DNA from: Clostridia bacterium
GTDB lineage: Bacteria > Bacillota > Clostridia > Christensenellales > Borkfalkiaceae
Direction: 5' to 3'
Assembly (NCBI GenBank): GCA_017398825.1
Contig: JAFQEV010000053.1
Span: forward strand, 4,843 to 68,842
DNA: 64,000 nucleotides
Positions 57,843 to 64,000 of this stretch are shown one piece after another. The notes under the pieces are model-generated. The model searched no databases. It was not told where the DNA came from and saw only the letters and a program-made list of their open reading frames with translations. The stretch's first letter is position 1; the number at the start of each line of letters is the position of its first letter. The translations under genes and the position numbers were made by a program.

Positions 57843-57861
57843 TCCCCCGCCTTTTCCGCCA
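57843..57861 (+). pseudogene. Duplicated 3' fragment of tRNA-Ser
   Basis: CCCGCCTTTTCCGCCA (57846..57861) is identical to the last 16 nt of the tRNA (57707..57722). Confidence 0.75.
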
Positions 57862-57964
57862 AGAGAGATTGTATTCAGCGATAGAATACAATCTCTTTTA
57901 CTTTTACCATAAAAGTTTAGCAGTATTAACTTTTCTTTTAAACGAATTCAAATAAAGACTGCAT

Positions 57965-57996
57965 CAAAAAAGCGGTGGACGCATCCACCGCTTTTT
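57965..57996 (-). terminator. Intrinsic (bidirectional) terminator of the M24 peptidase operon
   Basis: AAAAAGCGGTGGA-CGCA-TCCACCGCTTTTT. Confidence 0.8.
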
Positions 57997-59184
57997 TTAA
58001 CAATCAATTTCAAATAACTCTCTGGGATAGTTGGTTAAATTCTCGCAACCGTCTTTGGTAACGACTACAACGTCTTCCATTCTAAGACCGATTTCCTTTT
58101 CCTTAGAGCCTAAGAAAATATCTACGCAGAAACTCATATTTTCTTCAAGTAGATAATCGGAATTCGTTTCTATCCAGGGCGCTTCGCCTTCCATTGTTCC
58201 GTTGCCGTGGCAAGGACCATACAAGAGCCAGTCACCATAACCCATTTCGGTTACGTTTTTAACGTGGAATTTCGCTACCTCGCAAGCGGGAACTCCAGCC
58301 TTTAACATTGCAATAACGTCCGCCTGAGCTTTATATCCAACCTCGATGAGTTCCTTTTGCTCTTTGGTAGCCTTTCCAAACACTACCGGACGACCTATAC
58401 TCGATGCATAGCCATCTACCCTTGCGCCGATTTGAAGGAAGGTCATATCTCCCTTTTCAATAACCTTGTTTCTCGGGCGAGAAATAGCTTGGTTAGAACC
58501 CTTGCCGGTAAGCACCCAAAGCGGATAACTCTCTCTTTCAGCACCGAGCTCGTGCATCTTGCCAAGCGCTAAGCCTACAACTTGCTGTTCAGTCATGCCA
58601 ACCTTGATGTTTTCTAAAACGTAATCGAACGTCTTTTTAGTAATTTCAGCAGCGGCGCGCATGCATTTGAGCTCGTTTTCAGTCTTTTTCATACGGATAT
58701 CGTTAACAACGTAGTCCGCCTTTTCAATCTTGATATCGCCGTACACCTTTAAACTTTCAGCAAGCGCCTCGTAAACGCCGATTGTCATAAGAGGAAGACC
58801 TGCAACGCCTAAGCGCTTTACAGGCTTATCGCCTAAAAGCTCGGTTATAACGGTGTTGAACGTATCGAGCTTGTGACCTGGATATTCCGGCTCGGAAGAT
58901 TCTCTAAACGCTTTAAGTCTTCTAATTTCAGCGATTTTCGAACGGTCACTTGCATACGTGTAACTTTCAGGTCCGATTAAAAGCAAGGGGTCGCCCTCTT
59001 GAGCGATTAAAACGCCTGCCGTTTCAAAAGACGGCCAGTACGCAGAGAAATATCTAACGAACTGGGGCTCAGCCTCGTTGCCGTAGGCAAGGATAATATC
59101 GTAGCCGTCCTTTTTCATTGTTGCTTGAACTTTTTTAACTCTTTCTTTGTACTCCTCTAAGGGAATTGACGGAATGTTTAACAT
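57997..59184 (-). CDS. M24-family Xaa-Pro dipeptidase / aminopeptidase P-like
   Basis: Creatinase-like N-domain plus a pita-bread C-domain (DVIAM..., GHGNG-type HGNGT, EENMSFCVD...RMEDVVVVT). Confidence 0.75.
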   Translation of the reverse strand: MLNIPSIPLEEYKERVKKVQATMKKDGYDIILAYGNEAEPQFVRYFSAYWPSFETAGVLIAQEGDPLLLIGPESYTYASDRSKIAEIRRLKAFRESSEPEYPGHKLDTFNTVITELLGDKPVKRLGVAGLPLMTIGVYEALAESLKVYGDIKIEKADYVVNDIRMKKTENELKCMRAAAEITKKTFDYVLENIKVGMTEQQVVGLALGKMHELGAERESYPLWVLTGKGSNQAISRPRNKVIEKGDMTFLQIGARVDGYASSIGRPVVFGKATKEQKELIEVGYKAQADVIAMLKAGVPACEVAKFHVKNVTEMGYGDWLLYGPCHGNGTMEGEAPWIETNSDYLLEENMSFCVDIFLGSKEKEIGLRMEDVVVVTKDGCENLTNYPRELFEIDC

Positions 59185-59204
59185 AATTTTATCTCCTTAA
59201 TATT

Positions 59205-60242
59205 TTAGTGAAGTAACCACGCTTTCGGGTTTTCTTTGAGCATTGTTTCAATTTGTTCAGTAGTGATGCCCTCGTCTTCCATCATAGGAACGACGTTGGT
59301 AAGCAAATGGTCGTAGCCCCAACCACCGTACTTGTGAAGGAGGTTTTTAAGGCATACGTCGCACGATAATAAAATTTGAGATAAGTAACCGTCGTCAATC
59401 ATTTTCTTTAAAAGCTTAACGCGATCCGTATCGTGAACGAATAAGCCGTAGCCGGAGTTTCTAACCTCACGCTTTATGTAGTACTCCTTGCCAAAGTTAT
59501 CAAACTCAACGTAAACGCCTTTTTTAAGGAGCGCATAGATGTAATCTTCGCGGTTTTCTACGTCTATATGGCTGATGCAAATCTTTTTGGGCGAAACGCC
59601 TTTAGAAAGTAAAATGTCAACCGCCTCTAAACCGTTAACCGTCCAAGGATTTATATGAACGTTTATGGCAACGCCCGTTTTCTTTTGAGCGTGCGCTGCG
59701 GCGCGGAGAACTCTTCTTTCCTTATCGTCAAAAATCTCGCTTATGCCGATTTCACCTATATATCCAGCCTTTACTCCATTTACGCCAACGGTAAGTTCTT
59801 TTACCATAAGCTCGCCGATTTCCTCATCGGTCATATCGTCGAGAGCTTTGGGGTGAGTTTCGCCAACGTAAAAGCCCGTGCCCATTATGATGTTGAGCCC
59901 CGTTGCCTTGGATATGCGAACGAGTGCCTCAGGGTCTCTACCGATACCGTCGAGCGACGCGTCTACAACCGTATCTCCGCCCGCTTTTTTGAAAAAGTTA
60001 AGCTCTTCGATTGCAGTTTTCTCATTATCTAATAAGAGGTTATCTTTAAGCGCGTAACAGTCACGGCTAAGAATACCTAAGTTCCACATTTCAACCTTTT
60101 GGGTTGCAGGATCTTCTATGCCCTCAACGGGAAGAGCTTGATAAAACGCAGTAAGGTCAAGTAAAACGTGCTCGTGCGTAGTAACCGTTCCAAGCTCGTT
60201 TTCATTTAAAGTTTTTAATACGCTTTCAACAGTTTTTTTCAT
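59205..60242 (-). CDS. Phosphotriesterase-homology protein (PHP/PTE amidohydrolase)
   Basis: TTHEHVLLD metal-binding HxH near the N-terminus. TIM-barrel amidohydrolase pattern with HINPW and ISHID blocks. Confidence 0.75.
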   Translation of the reverse strand: MKKTVESVLKTLNENELGTVTTHEHVLLDLTAFYQALPVEGIEDPATQKVEMWNLGILSRDCYALKDNLLLDNEKTAIEELNFFKKAGGDTVVDASLDGIGRDPEALVRISKATGLNIIMGTGFYVGETHPKALDDMTDEEIGELMVKELTVGVNGVKAGYIGEIGISEIFDDKERRVLRAAAHAQKKTGVAINVHINPWTVNGLEAVDILLSKGVSPKKICISHIDVENREDYIYALLKKGVYVEFDNFGKEYYIKREVRNSGYGLFVHDTDRVKLLKKMIDDGYLSQILLSCDVCLKNLLHKYGGWGYDHLLTNVVPMMEDEGITTEQIETMLKENPKAWLLH

Positions 60243-60276
60243 AATAAATCTACCTCATAAATCGTTTGGTTATCAT

Positions 60277-60364
60277 ATTTAAGACGTTATATAGAATAAT
60301 TTAAGACGTTATACAGAATAATTTAAGACGTTATACAGAATAATTTAAGACGTTATACAGAATA
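60277..60364 (+). repeat. Tandem array, 4 x 22 bp (ATTTAAGACGTTATACAGAATA), continuing into the left arm of the next element
   Basis: Units are 60277..60298 (one mismatch), 60299..60320, 60321..60342 and 60343..60364. The unit begins with the same ATTTAAGACGTTA as the element's terminal repeat. Confidence 0.9.
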
Positions 60365-60491
60365 ATTTAAGACGTTAGTTGCAAGTTAGACGAGGCACAA
60401 GATTTTTTAACGGCGAGATTGACCTCCTTGGTCATCGAGGTGTTAAAAAATCGCAGTAACAAAGTATAACGTAGCAAATAACGGATTAAAT
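60365..60491 (+). repeat. Intact TIR-hairpin element (T2-i), archetype copy
   Basis: Left arm ATTTAAGACGTTAGTTGCAAGTTAGAC. The reverse complement of the right arm is ATTTAATCCGTTATTTGCTACGTTATAC. An 11-bp perfect P1 pairs GATTTTTTAAC (60401..60411) with GTTAAAAAATC (60442..60452). The inner hairpin is GAT-T-GACC-TCCTT-GGTC-ATC. The right end overlaps the last codon and stop (ATT TAA) of the 269-aa gene. Confidence 0.85.
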
Positions 60492-61295
60492 TTCGGGGAC
60501 TTCATCATCGTAATGACGCTCCAACCATGAAAGAGCAACGTCGTAAGCCTCGTAATCAAGGTCTGCCATGGTGTTGGTGTGTAAAACGATGCCTTCAGCC
60601 TCGCCCTTTTTGATTTTATCAAGATAAAAATCAAGTTGCCACTCAACAGCTTTACCAGTCGCCTCTTTTTCATCACCGAAATTCCAAAGATAGCAACCGA
60701 ACATTCTCTTTTGCTTGGGGGTAATTGCCTTGAATTCCTCCCACTTTTGAGGAATTACTGGTACGCCCTTATCCTCGCACCAAGTCCACATAATAACACC
60801 GTCAAACGGCTCAATATACTTTTTGAACTCTTCGTTATACTGGGGATAATCGTTGATTACCTCGCCAAACTCGTGAGTGTATAAAACCATCCACATATCA
60901 AGAGATTTTACCTCGTTGTTGTGGAGGCGTTCGTGAACCTTCCAAAGATTTTCAACCGGCATTTTTACGAAAGAACCGTAGCGGTGGAAATCATCAAACA
61001 CAACCCTCGTAATGTTTTTAAAATCGCCAGCCTCTTTTATAAGCGGTTCAATAACGGACGGGTCGCTACCTGCATCATAGCACTCCCAGCCAACCTCTTT
61101 TAAGGGCTTGAACGACTTGTTGTATTGACGGCGATCAACGTCTACTTGAACGGGAACCATAAAAGTTCTATCAATGCCCATATAACCGCAACATTCCATA
61201 GGCGTCATACGGGAAACCTTGTGATTGCCAAATTCGTTGTTATATCTTCCTTCAGGGTGACCCCAAAGCCAAAGCCTATCTCTAAGTTTTGCCAT
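60486..61295 (-). CDS. Hypothetical 269-aa cytoplasmic protein
   Basis: Good RBS (AAAGGAGAG) and a consensus promoter upstream. No motif recognised (MAKLRDRLWLWGHPEGRYNNEFG...). Confidence 0.6.
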   Translation of the reverse strand: MAKLRDRLWLWGHPEGRYNNEFGNHKVSRMTPMECCGYMGIDRTFMVPVQVDVDRRQYNKSFKPLKEVGWECYDAGSDPSVIEPLIKEAGDFKNITRVVFDDFHRYGSFVKMPVENLWKVHERLHNNEVKSLDMWMVLYTHEFGEVINDYPQYNEEFKKYIEPFDGVIMWTWCEDKGVPVIPQKWEEFKAITPKQKRMFGCYLWNFGDEKEATGKAVEWQLDFYLDKIKKGEAEGIVLHTNTMADLDYEAYDVALSWLERHYDDEVPEI

Positions 61296-61350
61296 TTATA
61301 ACTCTCCTTTTTGCGTGAGTTGTAATATTTCACTCACATTTTGTACAAAT

Positions 61351-61379
61351 ATTATACTCTAAAAGGTGTAATTTGTCAA
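61351..61379 (-). promoter_or_regulatory. Consensus sigma-A promoter (TTGACA-17-TATAAT)
   Basis: Read on the minus strand. The -35 box is at 61379..61374 and the -10 box at 61356..61351, about 55 nt upstream of the ATG at 61295. Confidence 0.65.
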
Positions 61380-61510
61380 TAGGAAAAGAGAAAAAGGCTT
61401 GAGAATTTTACATTTAAAGCGATATTACACCCTTTGGGTGATGCCATACGCCTACGGCGATTGCATATCGCTTTGCGCGGATTACATACCAAGCCTAAAT
61501 CGACTGGATA

Positions 61511-61542
61511 AAAAAAGAACGATTATTTAATCGTTCTTTTTT
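61511..61542. terminator. Bidirectional terminator after the GH4 gene
   Basis: AAAAAGAACGATT-ATTTA-ATCGTTCTTTTT. Confidence 0.8.
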
Positions 61543-61587
61543 GGGCTAAAGCTTATAAATTAGTCTAAGAATTTTTGCTTATTGTTA

Positions 61588-62904
61588 TTAAAAAATAGGA
61601 TAACCTGCTTTTTCGTGCTCTTCAATAAGTTCGTCACACATTTTAATAATATCGTCAAGTGAAAGTTCTGCAGAGGTGTGCGGATCAAGCATAGCGGCTT
61701 GATAAACGTGTTCTTTTTTGCAAGTAACCGCCGCTTCAATAGTAAGCAATTGTGGGTTTATATTAGTCATATTCATTGCTGCACATTGAACGGGCAGGCG
61801 ACCAATATAGGTAGGATGTATCCCCTTTCCGTCAACTAAACAAGGAACTTCAACACACGCGTCGTTAGGCAAGTTGGTTATAAGACCATTATTGATAACG
61901 TTTCCACCTATCTTATAGGGTTTATCCGTAACGATTGATTCCATAATCCAAGACGCGTATTCTCGAGAGCGTTCGTGCTCTATTTCTTTACCGCCTAAAA
62001 GTTCTTCTTTCTGCTCTTTCCAAACTTTAATTTGTTTTATGCAACGGCGTGGATATTCATCAAGCGGAATATTAAATTTTTCAATCAATTCAGGATATTT
62101 AGACTTGATATAAAAAGGATTGTATTCGGCGTTATGCTCAGAACTTTCCGTACAGTAGTATCCAAATTTGTCAATATAGTCAAACCTAACCATATTATCG
62201 TGTTTTTCTTTATTTTTTTCTTTTGCAAGGCGTTTAATCTCGGGATAAAGATCGTTTCCATCCTTATCGCACACTTCAAGCAACCAAGCCATGTGATTGA
62301 TTCCTGCAATCAATTCACTGCCAACTTCCATATTTTTACAGCCCAAAGTATCAAGCAAAGATTTTACGCAAACTTGAACGCTATGACAAAGACCAATCGC
62401 TTTTACTTTGGTATATCTTAAAAGATAACCCGTTAAAATCGCCATAGGATTTGTATAATTTAAAAACCAAGCATTAGGGCAAACTTCTTCCACGTCTTTT
62501 GCAATTTCTTTCAAAACTTTAATCGTGCGAAGACCTCTAAAAATCCCGCCTATACCAAGCGTATCTCCGATAGTTTGGCGTAAACCGTATTTTTTAGGAA
62601 TCTCAAAATCAATTACCGTACAAGGCTCATAACCGCCAACTTGAATTGCGTTCACAACGAATTTTGCACCGCTTAAAGCCTCTTTACGATTTTCTTCACC
62701 AAGAAACTTTTCAATAACAGCAGTTCCGTTATTATATTTTTTATTCAACTTATCAATTACGATATACGATTCGTTTAGCCTTTCTTTACTAATATCATAT
62801 AGAGCGATTGTTAAATTGTCTTTCAGCGCCGAAGATAAAAAAACGTCACCCAAAACGTTTTTAACAAACACGGTACTACCCGCACCTAAAAATGTGATTT
62901 TCAT
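61588..62904 (-). CDS. GH4 NAD/Mn-dependent alpha-glucosidase / alpha-galactosidase
   Basis: MKITFLGAGSTVF Rossmann start, YTNPM and GLCHS motifs, 438 aa. Confidence 0.85.
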   Translation of the reverse strand: MKITFLGAGSTVFVKNVLGDVFLSSALKDNLTIALYDISKERLNESYIVIDKLNKKYNNGTAVIEKFLGEENRKEALSGAKFVVNAIQVGGYEPCTVIDFEIPKKYGLRQTIGDTLGIGGIFRGLRTIKVLKEIAKDVEEVCPNAWFLNYTNPMAILTGYLLRYTKVKAIGLCHSVQVCVKSLLDTLGCKNMEVGSELIAGINHMAWLLEVCDKDGNDLYPEIKRLAKEKNKEKHDNMVRFDYIDKFGYYCTESSEHNAEYNPFYIKSKYPELIEKFNIPLDEYPRRCIKQIKVWKEQKEELLGGKEIEHERSREYASWIMESIVTDKPYKIGGNVINNGLITNLPNDACVEVPCLVDGKGIHPTYIGRLPVQCAAMNMTNINPQLLTIEAAVTCKKEHVYQAAMLDPHTSAELSLDDIIKMCDELIEEHEKAGYPIF

Positions 62905-63003
62905 AAGAAAGCCCCCTTTAAAAATATTTTCCTAAATAATACCACAAAAATCTTGCTAATTCCATTGTGTTTTATTGCTATTTTATGGTAAAATATTGCT
63001 AAT

Positions 63004-63771
63004 ATGTTAGGTGAAATTTTTTTAAAAGAACTTTTTATTGACAAAAGCGAATCTCAAGACTTATCCCCAATTTTCTTCGGCGCTCAAGCTTGCGCTAAAA
63101 ATCATTCCTTTGGTCCGCACACAAGAAATTATTATATAATCCACTTTTGCTTACGTGGATGTGGAAAACTTAGGGATAAGTTTGGCGAGCATAACATTTC
63201 CGCAGGGCAACTTTTTATAATACGCCCTAACGAGATAACCACCTATACGGCAGATTCCGTAACGCCTTGGGAGTACGTTTGGCTTGCCTTTGAAGGAAAG
63301 ATTGCAAATGTTTTTGATACCGACAGTTCCGTATATCCTTACCCAAAAGAAATAGAGCAAACGCTTTTAGGTTTACTTAAAAAAGAAGAGTCTTCCCCAA
63401 ATATTTATATTTCAATTTTATACCAATTAATATATTCTATATTTTCAAACAAATCCGACGACGGCGACGTTATCAGTAAAGTAGTTCAATATATTAACTT
63501 TAATTACATGACCGAAATTACCGTCAAAAATTTAGCATTGCAATTTGGGTTTGAACAAAGTTATTTTTATAGGCTTTTTAAGAAAAAAACAAAAATGAGC
63601 ATAAAAGAATATATCATCAAAACACGTATGGAACAAGCCAAAAAGCTTTTATCGCTCGGTTATTCGGTTAGCACCACGGCGTTTGCCGTCGGTTACGCCG
63701 ACCCCTTCAATTTTTCAAAATCATACAAAAAATGTTTCGGTATAACACCAATATCACAAAAAAACAAATAA
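63004..63771 (+). CDS. AraC-family regulator (cupin sensor plus HTH)
   Basis: N-terminal cupin-like domain and a C-terminal double HTH (SIKEYIIKTRMEQAKKLL...GYADPFNFSKSYKKCFGITP). Divergent from the GH4 gene. Confidence 0.85.
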   Translation: MLGEIFLKELFIDKSESQDLSPIFFGAQACAKNHSFGPHTRNYYIIHFCLRGCGKLRDKFGEHNISAGQLFIIRPNEITTYTADSVTPWEYVWLAFEGKIANVFDTDSSVYPYPKEIEQTLLGLLKKEESSPNIYISILYQLIYSIFSNKSDDGDVISKVVQYINFNYMTEITVKNLALQFGFEQSYFYRLFKKKTKMSIKEYIIKTRMEQAKKLLSLGYSVSTTAFAVGYADPFNFSKSYKKCFGITPISQKNK

Positions 63772-63787
63772 GCTTTTTAATTGATTT

Positions 63788-63935
63788 CGGACTTACAGTC
63801 CAGTTCGCAATTGTAAATTGCTCACCGCTTTGGCTACAAACAGTATACTATACTGTTTGCTTAACGCGTCGCGCCCTCCGTGCGTTACTCGGCAAATAAA
63901 TTTGCCTGCGTTACTGCTGTCGTGTCGTAAGTCCG
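63788..63935 (+). repeat. T3 repeat element, copy 2, closed by a 9-bp long-range stem
   Basis: CGGACTTAC (63788..63796) pairs with GTAAGTCCG (63927..63935). Internal hairpins are GCAATT-GTA-AATTGC, CAAACAGTAT/ATACTGTTTG and GGCAAAT/ATTTGCC. The core is shared with 57513..57563. Confidence 0.75.
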
Positions 63936-63958
63936 TAATCTAAACTTACGTAGTAAGC

Positions 63959-63994
63959 AAAAAGACACAAGGTGTAAATACCTTGTGTCTTTTT
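63959..63994 (+). terminator. Intrinsic terminator
   Basis: AAAAGACACAAGG-TGTAAATA-CCTTGTGTCTTTT. Confidence 0.85.
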
Positions 63995-64000
63995 GTATAT

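Noticed and set aside
57760-57862. A possible second tRNA or tRNA-like gene ending in ...CCCGCCTTTTCCGCCA.
   Set aside because: No cloverleaf can be drawn. The putative T arm (GGGG-AAT-CCCC) has a 3-nt loop, the GTCTC-TTC-GAGAC hairpin has a 3-nt loop, and the acceptor pairing is only 5 bp. I treat it as a duplicated 3' fragment.
60277-60392. CRISPR array considered for the 22-bp tandem units.
   Set aside because: The units are directly adjacent with no spacers, at 22 bp they are too short, and no cas genes are present.
60365-60491. Integron attC (59-be) sites were considered for the T2 elements. The reasons were their imperfect palindromes with extrahelical bases, conserved structure over sequence, position just after stop codons, and uniform orientation.
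   Set aside because: The conserved boxes read GTTAG...first and ...TAAC last, which is the opposite order to attC (RYYYAAC...GTTRRRY). The flanking genes are core housekeeping genes (gap, prs, pyrH), not promoterless cassettes. No intI gene or attI site is present.

Overview
This is a 64-kb chromosomal window from a low/mid-GC, apparently spore-forming Firmicute. The Clostridia-like assignment rests on sigG, a YlmC/YmxH protein and a BclA-like collagen protein. GH29 fucosidase, NahK, GH2 and GH4 genes hint at a gut or mucin niche, but that is inference. About 85% of genes are on the minus strand.

Core content:
- gap, an M29 aminopeptidase, maf, an mreB-like gene and ppa
- potABCD with a PuuR-like regulator
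- prs, tadA, rlmH and sigG
- the conserved rpsB-tsf-pyrH-frr-uppS-cdsA-dxr-rseP block
- the DUF47-pit pair and tRNA-Ser(GCT)
- several sugar and peptidase genes

Accessory content:
- Large repeat-built surface proteins carrying Flg_new, GLUG, FN3-like or BspA-LRR modules.
- A collagen-like exosporium-type protein.
- An AT-rich island of about 3.3 kb flanked by near-identical 31-bp hairpin direct repeats.

The most unusual signal is non-coding. A dense family of about 120-130 bp elements has at least 12 full or partial copies, all in one orientation.
- Each element has imperfect terminal inverted repeats of about 25-30 bp (ATTTAAGACGTTAG...) around a nested hairpin with a bulged base.
- The hairpin arms differ between copies by compensatory changes.
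- The elements sit directly against the stop codons of minus-strand genes, inside their 3' UTRs or intercistronic spacers.
- They also occur as tandem and mosaic arrays.

A second, smaller repeat family (T3) has two copies. One is associated with a rearranged tRNA-Ser locus.

No CRISPR array, rRNA, transposase or integrase gene is visible in the window. All homology calls come from reading motifs by eye; no database search was run.
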